64,000 bases of DNA. Source: an uncultured Alphaproteobacteria bacterium (GTDB lineage Bacteria > Pseudomonadota > Alphaproteobacteria > CAIYWZ01). The position numbers and the translations under genes were made by a program. The stretch is taken from the NCBI GenBank assembly GCA_964497925.1, contig CAZCFE010000006.1:12986-76985 (forward strand), given 5' to 3'. The notes under the pieces were generated by a model. It worked only from the letters and a program-made list of their open reading frames with translations. It was not told where the DNA came from and did not search any database. Positions within the stretch are counted from its first letter, which is position 1, and each line of letters begins with the position of its first letter. Below are positions 1-9,734 of this stretch, in pieces.

Positions 1-1
1 A

Positions 2-457
2 AAAGATTCGGCCACTCCGCCAGGGGCTGATTGGAATTATAAAATTCATGGAGAGTGGAAAGATAAAGATGAAAAAAGCATGAGTCGAAGCTTAGGGTGG
101 AAATCAAAAATTTCTCTTTATGCTAGATGCATTTCTTTATCCATCTCGGGTCGCAATTGCGCAAAGCACCCTAAAGAAAAATGCATGGCCCAGAGTAAAG
201 GGGTTATAACATCAATGAAAGATGGAGCAAGTTCTTTAAAAGATAAAATAATGGGAACAAGCAATAAGCCAAAGAGTAAAAAGAAAAAGAAAAAGAAAAA
301 GAAGTCTCCATTGGGCGGTATTGCTGGAACTGCGGGAGGGTTGGCAAGCATGACGCCAGCCGGCATGGCTGTTAACATGGCAACAGGGGGAGCTTTAAGC
401 GGAGGCGCTACAACAGGAGGAACTCCCGCTCCGGCATCTAGAAGGTCGATGTTTTAA
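2..457 (+). CDS. 3' end of a hypothetical protein with a poly-lysine tract and a Gly/Ala/Thr-rich C-terminus (partial, open to the window start)
   Basis: The reading frame is open from position 2 to the stop at 455-457. It encodes KSKKKKKKKKKS via an (AAAAAG)4 repeat at 278-301, followed by a low-complexity G/A/T-rich tail. No recognisable family. Confidence 0.3.
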   Translation, partial: KDSATPPGADWNYKIHGEWKDKDEKSMSRSLGWKSKISLYARCISLSISGRNCAKHPKEKCMAQSKGVITSMKDGASSLKDKIMGTSNKPKSKKKKKKKKKSPLGGIAGTAGGLASMTPAGMAVNMATGGALSGGATTGGTPAPASRRSMF

Positions 458-508
458 TTTTCCAAGATTTTTCTTTTCATGAGAACGCAACCATAGTATA
501 CTTATCAT

Positions 509-2323
509 ATGTTGTTTTTATTAAAAGAATGGTTAATGTGCAGACGTATTGGATTCCTTTTATTTTTCGTTATGGGGTTCGGTTCATTGATTTTTGCAGC
601 AACAGGAAATATTAAAATATCCGGGGACGATCAAGCATTAGCCTCAAGTTTAGAGCCGCATTGTTCTTTGTGTGAGACTGTTTTTGGAGGGGGTCCAGCA
701 AGCCTTAAAAGTTTAAAAAATAAAGCAAAAGAAAATACAAAATCTTTATTGAAAAAACTTTCATCTCTAGGTTATTTAGATGCATCTATAGATTTAGATA
801 TTGATAAACAATTTCCTTTTAAAGTGACCTTTATCGTTAATCCAGGAGTGGCATTTAAAACGACTTCTTTTAACTTTACTATACAAGACCCTATTGTTGA
901 TCAGTTGCGTTTATTGGTGCCATCTGAACAAAATATATTTTCATTTTCCGATTATGAAAATCTACGTAAAAAGATGGAGAACTTCCTAAAAAGAAAAGGT
1001 TTTGCTAGGGCAAAAATTGATTTGCCAGAATTGCATGTTGATTATGAACAAAAAAGTGTAATTCCTCTTTATCCGATTTATTTGGGCAAACCTTACGTAT
1101 TTGGAAATTATGAAATTGAAGGAAAGCCGGATGAATTAGATCTTGGCATGATTGAGAGACGCTTGCTTTGGAAGAAAGGAAGCACTTTTGATATTGAGCT
1201 GATAGAACAATCGCAAGAAGAGATTGCAGATCTTCAGATTTTTAGCGTGACCTCAATTGAACATTATGATCAAGGCGATGAAAATTTTCAAAAAATAAAA
1301 CTAAAACTCAAAGAAGGGAAACATCAAACGGTTAGTTTCGTGGCGCGTTATTTTTCAGGAGAGAAATTTGGAGGAACGGCTTCGTGGAAACACAGAAATA
1401 TTTTTTGTAACGCTGAACAATTTGATGTGAGTGCAAAATATTCCCAGACAGGAAAGGCGCTTATTGGAACTTTTGTTAAGCCTGATATTTTTGGATCTGT
1501 TACTCATAAGCTTTTCATTCAAATGGGCAAAATTGTGTCAGATCAATTTGCGTATAGTACTGATTTATTGAAAATGACGGGAGGGCTTAAGTATAAATTT
1601 TCAAAGACATTGACCGCATCTTCTTTGTTTACAATTGAAAATGATATGCAGGACTCACCAACATGGGATAGTTTGCAATATTTATCAGTAGGTGTAAAAT
1701 ATGATACACGCGATTCAACATCGGATCCAACAAAAGGATGGTTATCATCATTTGATGTGATTCCTTATTTTTCGAATCAAGCCTCTCAGATCCCAGTGCA
1801 GTTTAAACTTCAACAAACAGCTTATGTTCCCTTAGGGTCCGTAATATACGGAATTAATTTTAAAGGCGGAACGTTTGCGAATGCGAGTTTAAAAGATATT
1901 CTAAAGCATAAGCAATACTTTGGAGGAGGGGATGGCTCTGTCAGGGGGTACGGACCTCAAAGTTTAACAGTTGGGGGATTGGATGCTGATGGAGTTCCTG
2001 AAATGGGAGCGCTTTCAAAGGTTGAATTAACTCAGGAGATGCGTGTGAAAGTTAATGAAGATTTTGGAATGGTTGCTTTTATTGATTTGGGGATTTTTTC
2101 AAAACATATGAATCCATTTAAAAATATTTCTTGGATGAAAGAAACTGGCTTTGAGAAACAAGAATCTCCATTAAGCTGTAGTGTTGGACTTGGCTTTAAT
2201 TATTTATCCATAATAGGCCCAGTAAGGGTTGATGTCGCATTTCCAATAGTTAGAAGAAAATTCAATGATAAGTTTGTAGATGATATCTTTGAGTTTTATC
2301 TTCGTTTTGGGCAAGGGTTCTAA
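509..2323 (+). CDS. tamA: Outer membrane protein assembly factor, TamA/BamA (Omp85) family
   Basis: 604 aa with an N-terminal hydrophobic signal region, POTRA-like N-terminal half and a C-terminal beta-barrel ending in the aromatic residue F (..RFGQGF). Directly followed by, and translationally coupled to, a TamB-like gene. Confidence 0.55.
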   Translation: MLFLLKEWLMCRRIGFLLFFVMGFGSLIFAATGNIKISGDDQALASSLEPHCSLCETVFGGGPASLKSLKNKAKENTKSLLKKLSSLGYLDASIDLDIDKQFPFKVTFIVNPGVAFKTTSFNFTIQDPIVDQLRLLVPSEQNIFSFSDYENLRKKMENFLKRKGFARAKIDLPELHVDYEQKSVIPLYPIYLGKPYVFGNYEIEGKPDELDLGMIERRLLWKKGSTFDIELIEQSQEEIADLQIFSVTSIEHYDQGDENFQKIKLKLKEGKHQTVSFVARYFSGEKFGGTASWKHRNIFCNAEQFDVSAKYSQTGKALIGTFVKPDIFGSVTHKLFIQMGKIVSDQFAYSTDLLKMTGGLKYKFSKTLTASSLFTIENDMQDSPTWDSLQYLSVGVKYDTRDSTSDPTKGWLSSFDVIPYFSNQASQIPVQFKLQQTAYVPLGSVIYGINFKGGTFANASLKDILKHKQYFGGGDGSVRGYGPQSLTVGGLDADGVPEMGALSKVELTQEMRVKVNEDFGMVAFIDLGIFSKHMNPFKNISWMKETGFEKQESPLSCSVGLGFNYLSIIGPVRVDVAFPIVRRKFNDKFVDDIFEFYLRFGQGF

Positions 2324-5181
2324 TGAAAAAGATATTACTTAATGCTGTTGCTATTCTTGGAATTATTTTTCTATCTTTATATTTATCATTTCCTATTTTA
2401 TTGAAGTGGGGTATTGATAGACAGACTCAAAAAGCAGGTTACTCTTTTGATATGAAAGGCTTATCATTTCAGTTTCCAAGTATTCAAATTCATAAGGTTC
2501 GTTTTACTGAAGAAAAAACTAAGAAGGAAACGGAGTTTTCAAATTTTCGATTTGAATTAAATTTGCGTAACTTAATGCAAGGGGAAATCGCTTTTTCTCA
2601 AGTGAGCGTAGATGAGATTAAAGGCTTAAACGCCAAGGGGTCATTTTTTCTAAAATCCTTAAATCTTGCTGGGGAGATAAGTTGTAAGTTTTTTCATTTT
2701 TTATTTCGCATTGAACCATCTTCTGGGAAGTTTTTATTTCATACTTTAAAAGTCGCAGATCATTTTTTTAAAAATATCATGGTTAGTGTTGAAAAAACGG
2801 GCCAGCTCAAAGCCTTTTCCCAGGACCTCAATCTTGAGGGAAGCTTTTCTGTGCATGATGATGGGGTGGCGTATGATTTGTTTTTAAAATCTGGCTTAGT
2901 TAACTTTCTAGGCCGTAATATGATTCAATTGGAAGGTAAGTATTTATTCCAAAATAATGGAATTCAAGCAATAATCAAATCATATCTTTACAATAGCGCG
3001 CAAGCGCAAATAGATTTGAAGGTGGACGGTGATTTTGAAAAACTTTCTGTAACTCCAACAAGGCTTTATCTATACGAACGTGATTTTATTATTGATCCGC
3101 TCCATAACTTACTTGTATTAAAAATGGATCCTTGGGGAATTTTTGGAGAATTTAATTTTTCTTTAGAAAAATTTGATCAATTGGGGGATTTTATCAGTGG
3201 AAAGCCTGAACAAACTTTTCTCAAAATATCCGGACTCTTTGAAGGTGAAGGCTATAATATAAAAGCGACTGGGAATAAATTTCTTATAGGATCTCTTTTT
3301 AAAGTTAGTGATTTTTATTTGAGTGTGGATAGTAAAAAACATATTGAACTTAATATATCTAATAAAGAGAAAACCAATTTTTTATTTAAAGGTGTGTATG
3401 ATGATTCAAAAATTAAAAATATATACTTTCAAGGCAATTACAGAGGAACCCCAATAAAAGCAAACAAAACAGAACTTGATTTTGATAAAGTTGATATTGA
3501 TTTAAGCGTAGGTCAATATGGAAGATTTTCATTAAAGCATGCAAATTCTAAGACGCAAATTTATTCAAAAAAAATTCCAGCCACTATTTTAAATAATGCG
3601 ATCAAGAATCAAAATATTTTATTTGAAGATGGAGTAATAAATTTTGATGCAGAGTATAAGGCTGGGGGAGAAGGTTATTTATCGATAAAAATGATTGGCC
3701 TCAAGTCTTCAGCTTTTGATCGAGTTTTTGGAAAAATTGATTTTGATGCGAAACTAGCATCCTATGCTTTATCGTCAAATTGTAAAATGGAATTGGGCAG
3801 AGAAGGTTTCCTATCTGCTAAATATGCAACTCCTGATGTTAAGCATAAATTTTATGATCCGTTGCTGAGCTCTTATGATGTAAAAGGAGATTTAAGAGTT
3901 GATGGGTTGAGTGATTTTTTAAAAATGCATGATGATACTCTTTCAGGGAGATTAGAGTTTTCTCTTAAAAAGCCTTCTGGAAAATTTTCTGTATTTAATG
4001 TGGCATTGAAAAAAGGGTATTTCGAGCACTCATCTTCTGGTGTCATTCTCAAAAATATTGATCTTGAAATTCTTAAATACGCGAGTGATGATTATATGAA
4101 TATCAGTTTAAAATGTCGCGATGATTTTAAAGGAATTATGAATGGGAGTGGGCGTTTTTCGCTAAGCCCATCGAATTACGATATGAGCGGATCTGGGAAG
4201 CTTATGCTGAAGAATTTTAAATTATTAAATAATCAAGAGTATCAAACGTCTGGAAGCGGTGAACTGAGTATTGTTTTATCTCCCAAAGAAAAGAAAATCT
4301 TTGGCAATATAGTGATCGAAGATTTTTTAGGATACATGATTCCTAAAAAAGATTTTGAAATTATTGATATTGAAATTGCCAATAAGCAAGAAAAAAATGA
4401 GAAGATTGAAGTGGAAAGAAATTCAGACATAGGTCTTGATATTCATTTTTCTGTTCCTAAAAATTCGTTCAAGTTTTATGGAAGCGGATTAGAGTCTAAT
4501 TGGTCGGGAGACTTGAAAATGAGGGGTGCTTTAAATTCTCCGCATATTGATGGAAGATTAGATGCATTTAATGGTTATTTTATGATTGCTGGGAAGAAAT
4601 TGGACTTTCTAAAAGCATACCTGTTATTTGAAAATACACTTGATCCATATATTTATGTTGCAACAGATGCAAATGCTAGCAATATTGATGCTAAGATTCT
4701 TTATCATGGATTGCTTTCCAATGCCAAACTTGAAATTATATCGATACCAGCCTTGCCACAAGAAGAAGTAATTTCGCAGATTTTATTTTCTAAAAGTGCA
4801 AGCCAAATTAAGGGCCCAGCCCAAATCATACAGCTGGCTGATGTGATTGCCATTTTTAATGGGGGAGCATCTATCACAGGATTTTTAGATAAATTTAGGC
4901 AAATTGGAATTGATGAAATTGGGATCAGGGAAGATGTTTCTAGTGAAGTTTTTAAAACGTCTTCTCGGACTGATCCAGGCGTTTTTACTATTGGTAAAAA
5001 TTTAGGAGAGAGGTTTTTCGTTCGAGCGGATCGTACGGCGGCGTTAGACTACGGAAAAACAAGGGGTGTGATTGGTGTGAAATTAACGCCAGAGCTATCG
5101 TTAGAAGCCATTGGAGAAAAATCTGATCAACTAAGCAATTACGATTTTGGGGTGGGGTTTGAATGGAAAAAAGATTTTTAG
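2323..5181 (+). CDS. tamB: Translocation and assembly module subunit TamB (DUF490 family)
   Basis: 952 aa with an N-terminal signal anchor (MKKILLNAVAILGIIFLSLYL), a long beta-rich body, and a C-terminus GVGFEWKKDF typical of the DUF490 terminal strand. The ATG overlaps the tamA stop. Confidence 0.55.
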   Translation: MKKILLNAVAILGIIFLSLYLSFPILLKWGIDRQTQKAGYSFDMKGLSFQFPSIQIHKVRFTEEKTKKETEFSNFRFELNLRNLMQGEIAFSQVSVDEIKGLNAKGSFFLKSLNLAGEISCKFFHFLFRIEPSSGKFLFHTLKVADHFFKNIMVSVEKTGQLKAFSQDLNLEGSFSVHDDGVAYDLFLKSGLVNFLGRNMIQLEGKYLFQNNGIQAIIKSYLYNSAQAQIDLKVDGDFEKLSVTPTRLYLYERDFIIDPLHNLLVLKMDPWGIFGEFNFSLEKFDQLGDFISGKPEQTFLKISGLFEGEGYNIKATGNKFLIGSLFKVSDFYLSVDSKKHIELNISNKEKTNFLFKGVYDDSKIKNIYFQGNYRGTPIKANKTELDFDKVDIDLSVGQYGRFSLKHANSKTQIYSKKIPATILNNAIKNQNILFEDGVINFDAEYKAGGEGYLSIKMIGLKSSAFDRVFGKIDFDAKLASYALSSNCKMELGREGFLSAKYATPDVKHKFYDPLLSSYDVKGDLRVDGLSDFLKMHDDTLSGRLEFSLKKPSGKFSVFNVALKKGYFEHSSSGVILKNIDLEILKYASDDYMNISLKCRDDFKGIMNGSGRFSLSPSNYDMSGSGKLMLKNFKLLNNQEYQTSGSGELSIVLSPKEKKIFGNIVIEDFLGYMIPKKDFEIIDIEIANKQEKNEKIEVERNSDIGLDIHFSVPKNSFKFYGSGLESNWSGDLKMRGALNSPHIDGRLDAFNGYFMIAGKKLDFLKAYLLFENTLDPYIYVATDANASNIDAKILYHGLLSNAKLEIISIPALPQEEVISQILFSKSASQIKGPAQIIQLADVIAIFNGGASITGFLDKFRQIGIDEIGIREDVSSEVFKTSSRTDPGVFTIGKNLGERFFVRADRTAALDYGKTRGVIGVKLTPELSLEAIGEKSDQLSNYDFGVGFEWKKDF

Positions 5182-5666
5182 TATCCCTCATGAATCAAGA
5201 ATTACAAAACCTTTCAAAAGGTTGGATTAATACCAATTTTGGCTGTGTGGAGATTTTATATGAAGAGGAAAAAATCGCACATTTATCTTTTTCAGTTGAA
5301 AAACATGACACAACTGACTATCTTCGTAAAAAAATGCGCGACTGGTTTGAGTCTGGGAAGATAAATATATCTTTTCATATGACTAGCTTTCAAGAACGGA
5401 TTTATAAAGAACTTATAAAAATAAATTCAGGGCAGCGAGTTTCTTATGAAGAGCTTGCCAGTAGAGTTGGGTCAAGAGCCATTAGGGCAGTTGGCTCTTC
5501 AATGGCAAAAAATCAAGTCGCATTGTTTATTCCATGTCACAGAGTCATCCGTAAAAATGGAGATATTGGAGATTATGCAGGAGGGAAAAGTGTGAAGAGA
5601 TTGCTTTTAGATTTCGAAGAACAAGGGGGGGATTTATATGAGTTATTTAGAAATTGTTGCGCGTAA
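5163..5666 (+). CDS. ogt: Methylated-DNA--protein-cysteine methyltransferase (O6-alkylguanine DNA alkyltransferase)
   Basis: Active-site motif IPCHRVI and a helix-turn-helix DNA-binding region (SYEELASRVGSRAIRAVGSSMAKN), 167 aa. Overlaps the tamB 3' end; an alternative start at 5190 removes the overlap. Confidence 0.8.
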   Translation: MEKRFLVSLMNQELQNLSKGWINTNFGCVEILYEEEKIAHLSFSVEKHDTTDYLRKKMRDWFESGKINISFHMTSFQERIYKELIKINSGQRVSYEELASRVGSRAIRAVGSSMAKNQVALFIPCHRVIRKNGDIGDYAGGKSVKRLLLDFEEQGGDLYELFRNCCA

Positions 5667-5895
5667 GAAAAGAATCAGCATAGTATTATCATTATTGTTG
5701 ATTGCGGGTGTTGTAGGATTTCTAATTTTTGCGTGTATGTTTAAAAGCTTAGCGATCTATCAAATTATCCCGGGCCTGAGTTTGGGAATTGCATCTGCTG
5801 TTTTTATCATTTTATTTTCTGGTGGATTGGCATTATTTTATGCTTGTTGGATGAATTATGTTTACGATAAAGAAATTTCGAAATTAAAGGAGTGA
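5638..5895 (+). CDS. Small two-TM inner membrane protein, DUF485 (YjcH-like) partner of the acetate/solute symporter
   Basis: 85 aa with two hydrophobic helices, lying immediately upstream of a sodium:solute symporter as in the yjcH-actP arrangement. Confidence 0.45.
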   Translation: MSYLEIVARKKRISIVLSLLLIAGVVGFLIFACMFKSLAIYQIIPGLSLGIASAVFIILFSGGLALFYACWMNYVYDKEISKLKE

Positions 5896-5902
5896 TTGAA
5901 TT

Positions 5903-7414
5903 ATGAGTCAAGTGAACTGGGAATCAATCAGTCTTTTTATTGGCATTATTATATTAACATTAGCGATAACTTATTGGGCGGCAAAAAAAACAAAAACCAC
6001 GGAAGAGTTTTATGCGGCTGGACGCAGTATCACAGCATTTCAAAATGGTCTTGCTTTAACGGGAGATTTTGTAAGTGCTTCAAGCTTTTTAGGATTTACT
6101 GGGCTCATTGCCCTTAATGGATTTGATGGGATTATTTATACAACAACAGGGCTTATGGGTTGGCCTTTGTTGTTATTTTTAATTGCTGAAGGTATTCGAA
6201 ATTTAGGAAAGTTTACTCTTGCTGATAGCTTGGGAGAGCGTTTTTCTCTTCGCCCAATTCGATTAAGTAGCTCGATCAGCTCTTTAAGTATTATTATTTT
6301 TTATATGATTGCTCAAATGGTGGGAGCGGGATATTTAATTAAGTTGATTTTTAACATTGATTATTTAGCAGCTGAACTTATTGTTGGGGCTGCGATGATT
6401 TCGTATGTTATGTTTGGTGGAATGATTGCAACAACGTGGGTTCAAATTATCAAAGCTGTATTATTGTTGGTTGGCGGATTTATTATGGCAATTCTGGTGT
6501 TATCTAAATTTAATTATAATCTACTGGAATTGTTTTCAAAAGCAATTGAATTGCGAGGTGAAGAGATTTTAGCCCCTGGTAAACTTTACCCAAACTCTTT
6601 TGATATTATTTCTCTTGGTCTTGCATTTACATTTGGAACCGCTGGAATGCCCCATTTATTAATGCGTTTTTATACAGTCCCTGATTCAAAAGCAGCAAGA
6701 TTATCAGCCGCTTATGCAACAATGATGATCGGGTTCTTTTATCTTTTGATTTTCATTTTAGGTTTTGGTGCAATGGTGCTTCTTGATTCAAAAATGATTC
6801 TTGCAACTGATAAAGGTGGGAACATGTCAGCAATTTTGCTTGCAAACTTACTTGGCGGAAATATGCTTATGGGGTTTATAGCAGCTGTTGCGTTTGCGAC
6901 AATTTTAGCAGTTGTTGCGGGACTTACTCTTTCGGGCGCGGCAACAATGGCACATGATATTTGGATTGGATTGATTCGTAAAAATGCAAAGCCTAAAGAA
7001 GACATGAAGGTTGCAAAAATCTCGGCATTGATTTTGGGATTGCTGTCAATTGTTTTGGGGATTATTTTTGAAGGGCAGAATGTCTCTATTTTAGTAGGGC
7101 TTGCATTTTCGATTGCCGCATCTGCTAATTTTCCAACAATTTTCATGAGTCTTTTTTGGAAAAGATTTACAACAACTGGCGCAATTTCGACAATGATTTT
7201 TGGCACAATATCATCTTTGGTGTGTATTTGTTTATCGCCTACGGTTATGGTGGATATTTTGGGGTATGGGGAAGCAATGTTCCCTTTGAAAAATCCTGGA
7301 CTTTTTACAATTCCAGCATCTTTTATTTTTGGAGCTATTATGACCTTTATCACTACAGATAAAAAAGCCTATGATGGATTTTCCAAAATTCAGGAAAAAA
7401 TGTACAAGCGATAA
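5903..7414 (+). CDS. Sodium:solute symporter family transporter (cation/acetate symporter ActP-like)
   Basis: 503 aa polytopic membrane protein with SSF-type architecture, preceded by a DUF485 gene. Confidence 0.75.
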   Translation: MSQVNWESISLFIGIIILTLAITYWAAKKTKTTEEFYAAGRSITAFQNGLALTGDFVSASSFLGFTGLIALNGFDGIIYTTTGLMGWPLLLFLIAEGIRNLGKFTLADSLGERFSLRPIRLSSSISSLSIIIFYMIAQMVGAGYLIKLIFNIDYLAAELIVGAAMISYVMFGGMIATTWVQIIKAVLLLVGGFIMAILVLSKFNYNLLELFSKAIELRGEEILAPGKLYPNSFDIISLGLAFTFGTAGMPHLLMRFYTVPDSKAARLSAAYATMMIGFFYLLIFILGFGAMVLLDSKMILATDKGGNMSAILLANLLGGNMLMGFIAAVAFATILAVVAGLTLSGAATMAHDIWIGLIRKNAKPKEDMKVAKISALILGLLSIVLGIIFEGQNVSILVGLAFSIAASANFPTIFMSLFWKRFTTTGAISTMIFGTISSLVCICLSPTVMVDILGYGEAMFPLKNPGLFTIPASFIFGAIMTFITTDKKAYDGFSKIQEKMYKR

Positions 7415-7443
7415 AGAGCTGTTTTTTTTATCTTCAGCTCTTT
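7413..7443. terminator. Candidate bidirectional intrinsic terminator between the convergent symporter and fliS genes
   Basis: Inverted repeat aaagagctg / cagctcttt around a T-rich loop. It overlaps both stop codons. Confidence 0.35.
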
Positions 7444-7882
7444 ATGCGGACAAGTTAAACGATCCTGTATCTGGAGGTGTTGACGTGTCAGGTGTTCTTG
7501 AAATAGTTTGCTGTCCTTGTCTCCAAGTATCGGCCATTTTATCTAAAGAGCGCGCAATTGATTCGCAAAGTTTTTCATCATTTGTGACGTTCATGTGGCT
7601 GATCATTGTCATCATAGACATATAGTAATTTTCAAGTTCTTTGACGATTCCTTCTTGAGATGGATCTGTTGCCTCTAAAACAGAGGCCAGACCTTCTAAT
7701 ATGGCAATAGCTTTTTCTGAAGCGTTGGTTCTTTGCTCGTAATCTTTTGTTATGAGGTGTTCTTTTGCTGTGCGCATATGCTTTGCTGATGTTGCAAGAA
7801 GAAGAGCCACTTGGTCACCGGGTCCTAAATTTGCAAGGTTTGTGGTTTGATATGCCCCAACCTGGCTTGCGTATGGATTCAT
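7442..7882 (-). CDS. fliS: Flagellar export chaperone FliS-like protein
   Basis: About 146 aa from the MNPYASQ start at 7882 (AAGGAG RBS upstream). The pattern AYQ..../ P..LL.../ KDYEQR..A.KAI.IL.GL...LE / ..LENYY.YM...I..ANV / ..D.W matches the FliS four-helix fold. A FlaF-type regulator cannot be excluded. Confidence 0.5.
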   Translation of the reverse strand: MNPYASQVGAYQTTNLANLGPGDQVALLLATSAKHMRTAKEHLITKDYEQRTNASEKAIAILEGLASVLEATDPSQEGIVKELENYYMSMMTMISHMNVTNDEKLCESIARSLDKMADTWRQGQQTISRTPDTSTPPDTGSFNLSA

Positions 7883-7960
7883 TGATATACTCCTTATAGT
7901 TAACAATTATTATCATTGTAAAACGGAAGTGTTAACGATTCGTTACCATTTCAAGCGATA

Positions 7961-9382
7961 CTAATCTTTTTTTTCTAGATCAATCAGTCCGAGTTTCTTA
8001 GCAGACAAAGATCCTGTTGCTGCCAACAAATTAAATGTTGCCATGACTTCTTTTTGTTTTGCCTTTGCAAGGGCCACTTGTGCTTTAACGTGCGTATCTT
8101 CAGTTTCAAATACCTGAAGCATGCTGAATGCCCCAAGCTTTGCCCCTTGACGAAGACCTTCTAACGCCAAAGATGCAGCGGCCACGGCAGCTTGTTGCGC
8201 TTTAATTTCATCACGTGCTGAAATAAGAGCACGCCAGCTTTTTGTTACCAGTTCGATGCCTGCACGTCTGGTGGACTCAAGCTGCATTTTTGCCTGTTGG
8301 ATTTTATCAACCTCTTGAGCAAATTTTCCAGAACTCGCAAAGCCATCAAATAAATTCCATGTGGCTGTTGCTGAATAAGAAATACTGTTTACAGCGTTAG
8401 ATGATGTAGGCGCAGAAGAAGTATCAGCGAGGGGTTTTCCATCCTTATCTGTCCAGTTTTTCTTATACCCAGCCGTTAGGTCAACGATTGGCATAAAAGC
8501 AGATGCCCCTAGTTGCCAACCCTCGTTTGCTGCTTTTTCTGCAAATTGTGCTTGGATGATTTTAGGGAACCTTTTGAGTGTCAGCTCAGAAGCTTCTTCC
8601 AGGGTTTTTGGCAGTTTATCTTTTGGAAGATCTGGAAATTGAAGATTTCCAGGAACAGAGCCAATAACCTTTTGGTAAGCGGCTCTGCTGTTTTCAAGAT
8701 CACCTTCTCCGCTAATACGTTGGGCTTTTGCGGCCTCATACTTAGCTTGTGCTTGTAATAACTCGGATTGAGTGATTGATCCAACTTGAAATTGTGTCGT
8801 GGCGGCTTTATAGTTTGTTTCCATGGATTGTTCTGAAACAACATAAGATTCAAGAGCTTTTTGATTTGTAAGGCAGCTCATATAGCTTTCAATGGCACTG
8901 TTTAAAATTTCAGCTTCAGCACTGTTCAGAGCTGCAGCTTGTGCTAAAATGCCAAATTGAGTTTGATTTAATTTTGCAATGCTGGCAAAACCTTTAAAAA
9001 TATTCAGCCTTGCCGTAAGCCCTAAATCCCAGCTGTACGCACCTTTATCTCTATTGAATCGTTTTTCCATGGCTTCTATATTTGATGGCGGCAGTCCTTC
9101 GTTTTCTAAGGCTTTTTTTTCTTCATCTGTATATTTAAAGTCCATTTTTCCAGTGTTATTATAGCTGCTAGAAAGGTCAATTCGAGGCATGAACTCAGAC
9201 ATTGCAATACTTTCGTTGGATAGCTGAACTTGGTATTCTGCCGCTGCTCTTGCAAAGTCTGGGTTTGTTTTGTATGCATCGGCCAAAGCTTGTTTGAAAG
9301 TGTCTATTTTTTTAATCGTTTGCCCAAAAAGGGAAGATGTGAGGCATGTTGTTAAAAGAATTGCTGTTGTGAATAATTTCAT
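7961..9382 (-). CDS. tolC: TolC-family outer membrane efflux protein
   Basis: About 473 aa with the signal peptide MKLFTTAILLTTCLTSSLFGQ (start at 9382, AGGAGA RBS), two repeated alpha-helical/beta-barrel halves, and Gln/Ala/Leu-rich coiled regions. Confidence 0.75.
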   Translation of the reverse strand: MKLFTTAILLTTCLTSSLFGQTIKKIDTFKQALADAYKTNPDFARAAAEYQVQLSNESIAMSEFMPRIDLSSSYNNTGKMDFKYTDEEKKALENEGLPPSNIEAMEKRFNRDKGAYSWDLGLTARLNIFKGFASIAKLNQTQFGILAQAAALNSAEAEILNSAIESYMSCLTNQKALESYVVSEQSMETNYKAATTQFQVGSITQSELLQAQAKYEAAKAQRISGEGDLENSRAAYQKVIGSVPGNLQFPDLPKDKLPKTLEEASELTLKRFPKIIQAQFAEKAANEGWQLGASAFMPIVDLTAGYKKNWTDKDGKPLADTSSAPTSSNAVNSISYSATATWNLFDGFASSGKFAQEVDKIQQAKMQLESTRRAGIELVTKSWRALISARDEIKAQQAAVAAASLALEGLRQGAKLGAFSMLQVFETEDTHVKAQVALAKAKQKEVMATFNLLAATGSLSAKKLGLIDLEKKD

Positions 9383-9383
9383 T

Positions 9384-9734
9384 TTAATATCTCCTGAGTG
9401 TTGAATCAATTGTGACGGCCCATTGGTCGATGCCGCCTGTTAAATTTGCAAGATTTGTAAATCCTTCAGATGCAAGGGTTGTGGCAGCTCTTTGGCTTCT
9501 TCCCCCATGATGACACATCATGATGATTTTTTTATTTTTATCGAGAGTGCTGATTTTGCTGTAAATTTGCCCAAGGGGGATATGTATTGCTCCGGGCAAA
9601 GATGATATATCAAGTTCCCATTGTTCACGAACATCAATAATAATATAGCTTTCTGGATCTAAATTCATGATATCCACGGGGCTTAATTGCTCGATATTGG
9701 AATCGCCAAATAAATTTTTAAAAATTGAAAACAT
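9384..9734 (-). CDS. Single-domain rhodanese-like sulfurtransferase
   Basis: Active-site loop CHHGGRS (Cx2GxR). About 116 aa from MFSIF; the longer ORF start lies inside pcm. Confidence 0.7.
   Translation of the reverse strand: MFSIFKNLFGDSNIEQLSPVDIMNLDPESYIIIDVREQWELDISSLPGAIHIPLGQIYSKISTLDKNKKIIMMCHHGGRSQRAATTLASEGFTNLANLTGGIDQWAVTIDSTLRRY

Noticed and set aside
118-378. 86 aa minus-strand ORF with an FFFFFFFF run
   Set aside because: It is the antisense reading of the (AAAAAG)n lysine tract of the plus-strand gene, a low-complexity artefact.
5896-6117. 73 aa alternative-frame ORF at the start of the symporter
   Set aside because: It overlaps the 503 aa sodium:solute symporter on the same strand in another frame and has Cys/His-rich nonsense composition.
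6739-7353. 204 aa antisense ORF inside the symporter
   Set aside because: Antisense to a well-supported membrane transporter, with AT-rich codon artefacts and no domain.
8513-8853. Two ORFs of 80 to 90 aa inside tolC
   Set aside because: Embedded in, or antisense to, the TolC gene; no features.
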